Below are positions 13,959-25,656 of a stretch of 64,000 nt of DNA, in pieces. Each line of letters begins with the position of its first letter. The stretch's first letter is position 1. A model generated the notes under the pieces. It was given only the letters and a program-made list of their open reading frames with translations, was not told where the DNA came from and did no database searches. The position numbers and the translations under genes were made by a program. The DNA comes from Tubulanus polymorphus. Its lineage: Eukaryota > Animalia > Nemertea. The stretch covers positions 7,750,001 through 7,814,000 of the forward strand of contig NC_134028.1 of assembly GCF_964204645.1 (NCBI RefSeq), in the 5' to 3' direction.

Positions 13959-15343
13959 GTACATGCACAAATCATTGATTATTGCATGAACTGATCATTT
14001 GAATTAAATTCTTTTATTATCATCAATCAATCCTCAATTGATAATAATAATTCCTTTTCATCAAGTATGATTAAGCATGATTCCAGTCACGGAAACTCCT
14101 TTTTGTATACATATGTGTTTTGATGTTGTATCTCGCGTTCTGTCAAATTCTGTCGTTGGCATCTGGATATTATTACTCAGAAAAAATCTTAAGGCTTCAA
14201 CCAATCTTTTGTTGTTGGTTGAAATTTCATTGTACAATTCTTCATATAGTGTACATACATTTTTCGGTGAACTCCAAACTTCTACATGTATTAGGTATAT
14301 TTATTGGAGTAAAGTGGATGAAATCTGCTTCATTGGGCTGTGGAGTTTCTGTGATGTTCAATTTTTTCCAGAGTTAAACCCGTAATTGATGTCGCTTCAG
14401 CATGTTATATGGATAATTGATTAAGTTCAATTGTATGATCACCATTGATCAATGAATATGATACATCAGGACATTAAGAATTATTCAGCCTTATCAGCAG
14501 AGGCACTAGCACCAACCTATGGGGTCACTAGTCTGTTGACCCTTGGGTTCACTTGCGCCTATCTGTGGGTGCATAACTCATCATCCAAATTATTGAAATT
14601 GTTAATTTTGCAACATTGCATCTGTTTTCAGCACGGATTTGTGATGTTCTTTCTACCTGTACGGTTACAGCAGCTTTCTTCACTTTTATCAGCTTATCTG
14701 TTCAGTTTTTAACAGAGTGGACTCTGCAGACTGACTCAACTCATTGGCCTCATTCCCTCCATTGACAAGTGTCTCGTTGGAGTAACATGGATAATCTAGG
14801 TTTTATGCACCCACCAAAAGTCCTGCTCAGCTTTGTGTTGTTATCGAATTTCGCATGTAAGTGCTCGTTTATTCATCGAATAATCATAAGGCCAATGATG
14901 AATTTATTTTTTCAATTTTTCACCGAATTATATCCAATTATATATTCATACATAATACATATAATGGTAAATCATAATGCAAGCCAACAATTTTATCTAC
15001 ATTTAGATATAGAAAATATTGGGTGATCGCTTGGTATATCACACTAGCTTCTAGTTAAAGCTTGCAATGCTTTTGTGAGCCTATCCACAAATGTTAGATA
15101 TATTTGATGTTATACAATAAGTAAACATATTCTAACATAATATTTGCTTTGCTCTTTTCCATGCCTTCTCCTGTGGATGGGAAACGGTTACGTATTTGTT
15201 CAATATCTGATAATTTAATACATTGAATTACTTCTACTTTGTTAATTTTGACAAATGATTATTGCACTTACTCCCTATGCCTGAAATTTGCATTATTCTT
15301 GCTTGATCCAAAAATCTCGAACATTAATTACATGACCATAAAG

Positions 15344-18300
15344 AATTGAAAGACAATGAGGAAAAGAGGAAAAGTGTTGCTGACATAATTGGCATGTTTG
15401 AGGTCAGATCTAAGGATGATGATGATGACATTGAGTTGAAAAGACAGGAAGGGGACAAAGATGTTGAGGAGAATAAAATAAGGGAAGATCAAAGTGAAAG
15501 AGAAAAAGACGTAGTCAGTCCACCAGTAGATATAAAGGAGGTTCTAACAAAAGAATCTCTGTTTGAGGCTGAATCAATACCTCATACAGCTGCCACTGGG
15601 CTAACACCAGAGCTGGAAGCTGTTGAATTGCAACGGCTACCAGAGCCTCGGGAAATTGATGAATGCAGTCCTTGGTCTGAGGAAGCAGCTCCTTTTGTTG
15701 ATGAATGTGGTGTAGTAGAAGAAAAACGTAAAAGTGTTGCAGAAATTGTGACATTCTTTGATAAATGGGTTGAAGAAGCTAGTGATGAAGAAAAGCCACC
15801 TGAGGTTATATCTACTGAACATGTTTCTTTTGAAGAGAAACAGGATGAGGAAGAAGTAAAAGAAATGGCATTTGAGAGTGAACAATCGGTTACAGTTCAA
15901 AGCTACACATTTGCGGTTGAAGAACGGTCAACAATGTCTGAAGAAACAGAAAAAATAGACCCATTTCTCTTCTCGAAGGACCACGCTAAGCTTTACCCAG
16001 GAGATGTCACTACACAAAGCAGAATAGATTTGCCGGAGGAGGAACAATATTGTACTTATAAGATAAGACCTGAAACACCAGTAGAAGAGGAAAAAATAAA
16101 TACTCCTGTAGAGGAGGTAAGACCTGAGGCACCAGTAGAAGATGACGAACCAGTTACTCCTGTAGAGGAGGTAAGACCCGAGACACCAGAAGAAGAGGAA
16201 AGGCCAGTTACTCCTGTAGAGGAGGTAAGACCTGAGACACCTGTTGAAGAGGAAAAGCCAGTGACCCTTATTGAGAAAATAAGATCTGAGACACGAGTAG
16301 AAGAGGAAATATTAGTTACTCCTGTAGAGGAGATAAGACCTGTGACACCAGTAGAAGAAGAAAGGCCAGTTATTCCGGTTGAGGAGGTAAGACCTGAGAC
16401 ACCAGTAGAAGAGGAAAGACCAGTTATTCCTGTTGAGGAAATAAGACCTGAGACACCAAAAGAAGAGGAAAAGCCAGTTATTCCTGTTGCGCAGATAAGA
16501 CCTGAGACACCAGTAGAAGAGGAAAAACCAGTTACTCCTGTTGAGGAAATAAGACCCGAGACACCAGTAGAAGAGGAAAGGCCAGTTACTCCTGTTGATG
16601 AGGTAAGACCCGAGATACCAGTAGAAGAGGAAAAGCCAGTTATTCCTGTTGCGCAGATAAGACCTGAGACACCAGTAGAAGAGGAAAAACCAGTTACTCC
16701 AGTAGAAGAGATAAGACCCGAGACACCAGAAGAAGAGGAAAGGCCAGTTACTCCTGTTGAAGAGATAAGACCTGAGACACCAGTAGAAGAGGAAAGGCCA
16801 GTTACTCCTGTTGAAGAGATTAGACCTGAGACACCAGTAGAAGAGGAAAAGCCAGTTACTCCTGTTGAGGAAATAAGACCCGAGACACCAGTAGAAGAGG
16901 AAAGGCCAGTTACTCCTGTTGAAGAGATTAGACCTGAGACACCTGAAGAAGAGGAAAAACCAGTTATTCCTGTTGCGCAGATAAGACCTGAGACAACAGT
17001 AGAAGAGGAAAAGCCAGTTACTCCTGTTGAGGAAGTAAGACCTGAGACACCTGTTGAAGAGGAAAAACCAGTTACTCCAGTAGAGGAGATAAGACCCGAG
17101 ACACCAGAAGAAGAGGAAAGGCCAGTTATTCCTTTTGAAGAGATAAGACCTGAGACACCAGTAGAAGAGGAAAGGCCAGTTACTCCTGTTGAGGAAATAA
17201 GACCCGAGACACCAGTAGAAGAGGAAAAGCCAGTTATTCCTGTTGCGCAGATAAGACCTGAGACACCAGTAGAAGAGGAAAAGCCAGTTGCTCCTGTTGA
17301 GGAGGTAAGACCTGAGACACCTGTTAAAGAGGAAAAGCCAGTTACTCCTGTTGAGGAAATAAGACCCGAGACACCAGTAGAAGAGGAAAGGCCAGTTATT
17401 CCTGTTGCGCAGATAAGACCCGAGACACCAGTAGAAGAGGAAAAACCAGTTATTCCTGTTACGCAGATAAGACCTGAGACACCAGTAGAAGAGGAAAAAC
17501 CAGTTACTCCTGTTGAGGAGGTAAGATCTGAGACACCTGTTGAAGAGGAAAAGCCAGGTACTCCTGTTGAGGAAATAAGACCCGAGACACCAGTAGAAGA
17601 GGAAAGACCAGTTACTCCTGTTGAAGAGATTAGACCTGAGACACCTGAAGAAGAAAAACCAGTTATTCCTGTTGCGCAGATAAGACCTGAGACAACAGTA
17701 GAAGAGGAAAAGCCAGTTACTCCCGTTGAGGAAGTAAGACCTGAGACACCTGTTGAAGAGGAAAAACCCGTTACTCCAGTAGAGGAGATAAGACCCGAGA
17801 CACCAGAAGAAGAGGAAAGGCCAGTTATTCCTATTGCGCAGATAAGACCTGAGACAACAGAAGAAGAGGAAAAGCCAGTAACTCTTGTTAAGGAGGTAAG
17901 ACCTGAGACACCTGTTGAAGAGGAAAAACCAGTTACTCCTGTAGAGGAGATAAGACCCGAGACACCAGTAGAAGAGGAAAGGCCAGTTACTCCTGTTGAA
18001 GAGATAAGACCTGAGACACCTGTTGAAAAGGAAAAGCCAGTTACTCCTGTTGAGGAAATAAGACCCGAGACACCAGTAGAAGAGGAAAGGCCAGTTACTC
18101 CTGTTGAAGAGATAAGACCTGAGACACCTGTTGAAGAGGAAAAGCCAGTTACTCCTGTTGAGGAAATAAGACCCGAGACACCAGTAGAAGAGGAAAGGCC
18201 AGTTACTCCTGTTGAAAAGATTAGACCTGGGACACCTGAAGAAGAGGAAAAACCAGTTATTGCTGTTGCGCAGATAAGACCTGAGACAACAGTAGAAGAG

Positions 18301-21300
18301 GAAAAGCCAATTACTCCTGTAGAGGAAGTAAGACCTGAGACACCTGTTGAAGAGGAAAAACCAGTTACTCCAGTAGTGGAGATAAGACCCGAGACACCAG
18401 AAGAAGAGGAAAGGCCAGTTATTCCTATTGCGCAGATAAGACCTGAGACACCAGTAGAAGAGGAAAAGCCAGTTACTCCTGTTGAGGAGGTAAGACCTGA
18501 GACACGTGTTGAAGAGGAAAAGCCAGTTACTCCTGTTGAGGAAATAAGACCCGAGACACCAGTAGAAGAGGAAAGGCCAGTTACTCCTGTTGAAGAGATT
18601 AGACCTGAGACACCTGAAGAAGAGGAAAAACCAGTTATTCCTGTTGCGCAGATAAGACCTGAGACAACAGTAGAAGAGGAAAAGCCAGTAACTCCTGTTG
18701 AGGAAGTAAGACCTGAGACACCTGTTGAAGAGGAAAAACCAGTTACTCCAGTAGAGGAGATAAGACCCAAGACACCAGAAGAAGAGGAAAGGCCAGTTGT
18801 TCCTGTTGCGCAGATAAGACCTGAGACACCAGTAGAAGAGGAAAGGCCAGTTACTCCTGTTGAAGAGATTAGACCTGGGACACCTGAAGAAGAGGAAAAA
18901 CCAGTTATTCCTGTTGCGCAGATAAGACCTGAGACAACAGTAGAAGAGGCAAAGCCAGTAACTCCTGTTGAGGAAGTAAGACCTGAGACACCTGTTGAAG
19001 AGGAAAAACCAGTTACTCCAGTAGAGGAGATAAGACCCAAGACACCAGAAGAGGAAAGGCCAGTTGTTCCTGTTGCGCAGATAAGACCTGAGACACCAGT
19101 AGAAGAGGAAAAGCAAGTTACTCCTGTTGAAGAGATAAGACCTGTGACACCAGTAGAAGAAGAAAAGCCTGTTGTTCCTGTTGCGCAGATAAGACCTGAG
19201 ACACTAGTAGAAGAGGAAAAGCAAGTTACTCCTGTTGAGGAGATAAGACCTGAAACACCGGTGGAAGAGGAACAGCCAGTGACTCTTGTTGAGGAGATAA
19301 GACCTGAGACACCTGTTGAAGAGGAAAAATCAGTGACTCCTGTTGAGGAGATCAGACCCGAGACACCAGTGGAAGAGGAAAAGCCAGTTACTCCAGTTGG
19401 GGAGATAAGACCTGAGATACCTGTAGAAGAGGAAAAGCCAGTTACCCCTGTTGAGGAGGTAAGACCTGAGACACCTGTTGAAGAGGAAAAGCCAGTTACT
19501 CCTGTTGAGGAAATAAGACCCGAGACACCAGTAGAAGAGGAAAGGCCAGTTACTCCTGTTGATGAGGTAAGACCCGAGATACCAGTAGAAGAGGAAAAGC
19601 CAGTTATTCCTGTTGCGCAGATAAGACCTGAGACACCAGTAGAAGAGGAAAAACCAGTTACTCCAGTAGAAGAGATAAGACCTGAGACACCAGAAGAAGA
19701 GGAAAGGCCAGTTACTCCTGTTGAAGAGATAAGACCTGAGACACCAGTAGAAGAGGAAAGGCCAGTTACTCCTGTTGAGGAGGTAAGACCCGAGATACCA
19801 GTAGAAGAGGAAAAGCCAGTTACTCCTGTTGAGGAAGTAAGACCTGAGACACCTGTTGAAGAGGAAAAACCAGTTATTCCAGTAGAGGAGATAAGACCCG
19901 AGACACCAGAAGAAGAGGAAAGGCCAGTTATTCCTTTTGAAGAGATAAGACCTGAGACACCAGTAGAAGAGGAAAGACCAGTTACTCCTGTTGAGGAAAT
20001 AAGACCTGAGACACCTGTTGAAGAGGAAAAACCAGTTATTCCTGTTGCGCAGATAAGACCTGAGACACCAGAAGAAGAGGAAAAGCCAGTTACTCCTGTT
20101 GAGGAAGTAAGACCTGAGACACCTGTTGAAGAGGAAAATCCAATTACTCCTGTAGAGGAGGTAAGACCTGAGGCACCATTTGAAGAGGAAAAACCAGTTA
20201 CTCCAGTAGAGGAGATAAGACCCGAGACACCAGTAGAAGAGGAAAAGCCAGTTACTCCTGTTGAGGAAGTAAGACCTGAGACACCTGTTGAAGAGGAAAA
20301 TCCAATTTCTCCTGTAGAGGAGGTAAGGCCTGAGACACCAAAAGAAGAGGAAAAACTAGTTTCTCCTGTAGAGGAGGTAAGACCTGAGACACCCGTAGAA
20401 GAAGATAAACCAGTTACTCCTGTATGGGAGGTAAGACCCGAGACACTTGTAGAATTGGAAAAACAAGTTTCTCCTGTAGAGGAGGTAAGACCTGAGACAC
20501 CAGTAGAAGAGGAAAAACCAATCACTGCTGTTGTGGAGATAAGACCTGAAACACCAGTAGAAGAGGAAAAACCAGTCACTCCTGCTGCCGTGATAAGACC
20601 TGAGACACCAGAAGAGGAACAACCAATTACTTCTGTAGAAGAAGTAAGACCTGAGACACCTGTTGAGAAGGAAATGCCAATTACTTCTGTAGAGGAGGTA
20701 AGAACTGAGCCACCAGTAGAAGAAGAAGAACCAGTTACTCCTGTTACTTCTGTAGAGGAGGTAAGACCTGAGACACCTATAGAGGAGGAAAAACCAGTTG
20801 CTTCAGCAGAGGACTTAAGACCTGAGACACCAGTAGAAGAGGGCAAACCAGTTTCTTGTGTAAAGGAAGTAAAACCTGAGAAACCAGTAGAAGAGGAAAA
20901 GCCAGTTTCTCCTGTAGAGGAAGTGAGACCTGAAACGCCAGTAGAAGAGGAAAAACCATTTACTGCTGTTGTGGAGATAAGATCTGAAACACCTATAAAA
21001 GAGGAAAAGCCAGTTACTCCTGTGGAGGATATGAGACCTGAGACACTAGTGGAAGAGGAAAAGCCAGTTACTCCTGTAGAGGAGGTAAGACCTGAGTCAC
21101 CTGTTGAAGAGGAAAAACCAGTTACTCCTGAAGACATTAGACCTGAGACACCAGAAGAAGAGGAAAAGGCAGTGACTCCTATAGAGGAAATAAGACCTGA
21201 GATTCCTGTAGATCAGGAAAGACCAGTCACTCCTCTAAAACATGAGACACGATTAGAAGAGGAAAAGCCAGATACTTCTGTAGAGGAGTCTAGACCTGAG

Positions 21301-23140
21301 ACACCTGTTCAGGAGGAAAAACCAGTTACTCCTGTAGTGGAGGTAAGACCTGAGACACCAGAAAAAGAGGAAAAGCCAGTCACTCCTGTGGAGGAGGTAA
21401 GACCTGAGACACCAGTAGAAGAGGAAAAGCCAGTTACTCATGTAGATGAGATAAAACCTGAGACACCAGTAGAAGAGGAAAAACCAGTTACTCCTGAAGA
21501 CATTAGACCCGAGACACCAGTAGAAGAGGAAAAGCCAGTGACTCCTGTAGAGGAGATAATAAGACCTGAGACTCCTGTAGATGAGGAAAGACCAGTCATT
21601 CCTGTAAAAGCTGAGACACCAGTAGAAGAGGAAAACCCAGTTATTCCTGTAGAGGAAATACGACCAGCGAAACACGTAGAAGAGGAAAAACCAGTAACTC
21701 CTGAAGAGATAAGACCTGAAACTCCTGTAGAAATTGATGAAATTTCCCAAGTATGGGAAGAGTCATTTTCCCAAGTTTGCGTTAAAAGACAAACAAATAT
21801 TTCCATGACTTTCGCATCAGATTGGGCTGATGCTGAGAATATTGAGCCTATATCTTATGAAACTACTAAAACTGATGACAAATTTTCACCTGATCGTGCA
21901 GAAAATGTGGAGGAATCTGATGATAGTGTCTCAAGTGTTGATGAGCCTATTCTGAGTGAGGTTTATGTCGAAAGAAAACAAGAAATATGTTTCCTCGATC
22001 TTGACAAACAAAGTGAAGACTTAACTGAGGTTGAAGACAGTATTAGCAATATCCCAGTATCTACTGTGGATGAAGATAAAACGTTGACTGGCATGGATAG
22101 ATCATCACCTAGAGATGAAAAGTCTACAGATCATACGCCATCATCTCCAGTTGAGATAAACATTCAGAATATCTATGATTTGGAAGAGATATCTGCAGCC
22201 AAAGAAAAAGATATCACAGATTCAACAAATGAAGTTCCTGGTGAAGAGCTAGCACTTTATATTGATCATTCTGAAGAATATATTGTTTTGAACAAGGGTG
22301 AGGCATCATTTACTTTGGATGTTCCTATCGAACTCGGCAAAGATGCCACTGAATTGACTTTGACTGATACAGAATGCTTGGCATTGAATGAGCCAGTTTC
22401 ACTGGACGATATGAGTCCATCAGCTGATGAAGTCCAGGAAATCACGGCTGTGTCTGGCTTTGATGAAATACAAGAGGGAACTGCAGTTGAAGCTTCAGAA
22501 GTTGACACTTCAGAAGATATAGATTGTATTGAATCTGTGCATGAGACTCAGTCCCATCCTGGAGCCCCAACTGAAGGCCATATTCCTATCGAACCAGCTA
22601 CAGAGGTCTTAAGTGGGGATGATCTTGATAGGGACATGGTGGATTCCGATGTTGAAGTAGTTGAAGAAGCCTACGCAAGTGATGAAAGTGTTGGCCATCA
22701 AGAACAAATTCTCACTCCACATGATACTGATGAAATTCCCCAAGTATGTGAAGAGTCATTTTCTCAAGTGTGTGTTAAAAGACAAACAAATATTTCCATG
22801 ACTTTTGCATCAGATTGGGCTGATGCTGAAAATATAGAGCCATTTTCTTATGAAACTACTATAACCAATGAGAAACTCATACCTGATCATGCAGAAAAGG
22901 TGGAGGAATCTGATGAAAGTATCTCAAGTGTTGATGAGTCTATACTCAGTGAGGTTTATGTGGAAAGAAAACAAGAAATTTGTTTCCATGATCTTGAAAA
23001 ACATTGTGAACCAAGTGAAGATTTCCCTGAGATTCAAGGCAGTAGTATTCATACCCTAGATGATAATGAGTCACCAGAAATGGAATCTGATGCTCCACCT
23101 TCAGAAAAAAGTGAAGTCTTTAGAATGGTTGCAATTTCAG
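15344..23140 (+). CDS. Giant exon B, 7797 nt, phase 1-1; PEVK-like 18-aa repeat array flanked by unique acidic sequence
   Basis: 2608-aa ORF. First in-phase AG after the in-frame TAA at 15325 is at 15342-43 (weak acceptor). Donor TCAG|GTATGA at 23140. Length divisible by 3. Confidence 0.8.
16060..21730 (+). repeat. Coding tandem repeat, 54-bp unit (RPETPVEEE-KPVTPVEEI; dimer of a 27-bp/9-aa unit), about 105 copies
   Basis: Directly visible in DNA and translation. Confidence 0.95.
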
Positions 23141-23295
23141 GTATGAGTATAGTTTCAAGTGAGATGAGTTGAGAACATTTATATTGAGGTGACTAAAACT
23201 GACATTAAGCTGTTGGGAGTATGAAGAAGCTGCTGTATCCAATGTTTACTTTGATGATTGTGACTATTCCTTTGATATATCTTCCTATGTTGTAG

Positions 23296-23613
23296 AATCC
23301 CAGATGCTGACTCGCGTTGAACATAAGTCAGAGAAAGTTGGACAGAAAGAAATTTCAACATTTGTTGAACACCGTCGTTCGCTTGGAGGATCTGAATCAC
23401 AGACAACTTACATTACTGAATTCACAAATCAGTCCCCTGTTATAGAGCGATCGGTTGATAATAATGTTGAGGATGTTTTGACAAAAGCCACAAATGTAGA
23501 CTCTAGGCAGACTGAAAGTGGAGCATATGAGTCAACCACCTATATATCGGAGGTTGACTATAAAAATGTATCTGCTCCAGAGGAATATTCACTCCAAGCT
23601 CATGAAGTTTCAG
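23296..23613 (+). CDS. Cassette exon, 318 nt, phase 1-1
   Basis: Acceptor tgttgtAG at 23294-95, donor TCAG|GTAGGA; coincides with ORF 23304-23702. Confidence 0.75.
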
Positions 23614-23790
23614 GTAGGAGTTTGGACAAATGTTCTGTAGATATAGATACAGGTTTGCATGGTACATTGCTGTACATTGCTGGGCTTAGGGAAGTTGATT
23701 GAATATCATATATTTCACACCAAAAAATTAGTGAACAAGAAAATGAAATTTATAACATTTTCATAACCTTAGCTATACATTTGCCCATAG

Positions 23791-24126
23791 GTCCCTCTTT
23801 GGCACTGGAAGTAGAAGAACATCGCTCATCATCCCCAAGCGATATTGAAATTTCAGACACTGAACACTATCAAACTGATGACCTTCCAACAGAAACCATT
23901 GAAGATCGACCCTTGTCACCTACGGACTATATTTTAGAACCTGAAATGGAGCCAGAAGGAAGGATCAGTGCTGATACATCTGAGCAAATCTTCATTGAAC
24001 AGACTATTCAGGCAGCTAGGGTCTCAGTTACTAGTTTGGCTGATGATGACCGCCCACCCTCTCCCTCTCAGTTGACTCTTGTAGTTGATGACAATGAGAT
24101 ACTAACATCAACTGATTCTCATTCAG
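23791..24126 (+). CDS. Cassette exon, 336 nt, phase 1-1 (possible alternative in-frame acceptor at 23773)
   Basis: Acceptor cccatAG, donor TCAG|GTACTA; acidic ORF with RPLSPTDY and RPPSPSQL motifs. Confidence 0.72.
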
Positions 24127-24189
24127 GTACTAACAGCTATACATGAATTTTGGTGGTTTTCTTATTCACTAATTCAATGAATATTTCAT

Positions 24190-24224
24190 CACTCTCTTTC
24201 TCTCTCTTCTCTCTCTCTCTCTCT
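24190..24224. repeat. (CT)n microsatellite, intronic
   Basis: ctctctttctctctcttctctctctctctctct. Confidence 0.8.
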
Positions 24225-24379
24225 ACTGAATATCAGCATGAAATTTGCATGTAAGACTGATTCACATTTGATTTTCCTTTCTCGCTTTTAGTTAGACTTT
24301 TCCTTCGCCATTTTCCTTTTTCATAGCGCCTTCTTTTAAGTATCAGGTAGCATTTCTTTTTCTTTTTTATGCTCGAAAG

Positions 24380-24778
24380 AGTTGTCTGATGTATTCGGAT
24401 ATCAAGACCCTGGTGACCTGTATACAATTCCAGAACATGGAATCCTGGTTCATAAAACTGATGCTTCTGCATTAGATGTTGATCTCATTGAAGAAAAATC
24501 AATTCCGTCAAAACAACGCATTTCATTTAGTCCCACTGAAATGCCAATTGATGTTACATTAGAGTCTGGATTAGATCAAATCGGTGCCGAAGAGTCAGGT
24601 GATGATGATCACAGTGACCATGATCGGTGGGAAAGATCTCAGTCGTATGAGCGAGAAGAAGATCCATCGTCGGAAGTCACGTTTGAATATCTTCGTGCAC
24701 GACACTTTTCTACACCAGACTACACATTAGGATGCCCGGGTTACAAGAAATTACAGGCAACACACCCTTTTGTACAAG
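24380..24778 (+). CDS. Cassette exon, 399 nt, phase 1-1
   Basis: Long T-rich tract then gaaAG acceptor; donor CAAG|GTAGTG; matches ORF 24382-24840. Confidence 0.7.
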
Positions 24779-25092
24779 GTAGTGCTTTCATCTGTCTTGC
24801 TTTGCACTTTCACTTGAATTCCAATTGCTTTCATGTCTGAGCAGCATGATTGTTCTATACTTTTCTGTTGACACTTTCCTTCCCTCCCAACCTCAGTTTG
24901 CTTAAGTTTTAAAGTTTCAGTACACTTACATGCAAATTTCAAGTTGAGTCCATTATAAAACTGGTACAAGTCATAACATTTGGGGTTATATCATTGTTCA
25001 ATATCTATTTCGTTAACATTTATCATTATATGTTCATGTCCATTCAAGTGCCAATTTTTCATTCTTTTGTCATTTGTGATTTTTTTCATAAG

Positions 25093-25158
25093 CGGCATAT
25101 GAGCAAACCGAGAACAGAAGTGGTTCAGAGTTTACTCATGGTAATGAGGCTGCTACAG
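25093..25158 (+). CDS. 66-nt exon, phase 1-1 (AAYEQTENRSGSEFTHGNEAAT)
   Basis: ttttttcataAG acceptor, ACAG|GTACCT donor; open, frame-preserving. Confidence 0.65.
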
Positions 25159-25656
25159 GTACCTAAGAACAAATTTGTTTAAATCCCATGTATAAGTTTT
25201 GCTTCAGTGCTTATTCATTTCATGTGCAAACTATGTCGATTTGAACGGCCAGGATGAATTGGCATCTTCTTAAATTCATTTGATTTGATATTGTGTTCAA
25301 TTATTAAGTCAGCCGTTGTTTTATGTCATGCAATTCTCACTTTTTCATTAAATGCGAGATGTCAATTGCATGAAGGCATGGCTTCATAACAATTGGCTCA
25401 ACCTGTTACCCTTCTCATCTTGGGTCTTACTGCCACTTTGTACCAAAAATCAAAATTATATTATATACCCAAACAGAACTCTATTCCACAATAGTATTTG
25501 ATTATGTTTAGTAACATTAGGGCTAATGTTTCAGGTGGTTCTTTGAACCCAAGTTTTAGTGCAAGATATTCTAACTTTGCAGGCCTCCTGTGAAATATTT
25601 TTGTTAAAATGTCAAATACTAATCTGACTCTTTCTAATTCATATTTTTAATGTCAG

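Noticed and set aside
14716-14765. Possible stop-containing exon after the strong acceptor ttttttaacAG
   Set aside because: The frame closes after 16 codons, with no convincing donor or protein-like features.
16056-21137. 1693-aa and 934-aa antisense ORFs (Ser/Gly/Thr-rich; Phe/Leu/Trp-rich)
   Set aside because: Shadows of the 54-bp coding repeat: the unit has no stop in those antisense frames, so the ORFs extend with the array and end where it ends.
1-23172. Titin/PEVK, neurofilament or bacterial surface-protein identity for the two repeat ORFs
   Set aside because: Similarity is compositional only; there are no Ig/Fn3, rod, signal or LPxTG motifs. The ORFs are bounded by splice sites in phase with downstream ankyrin-type exons.
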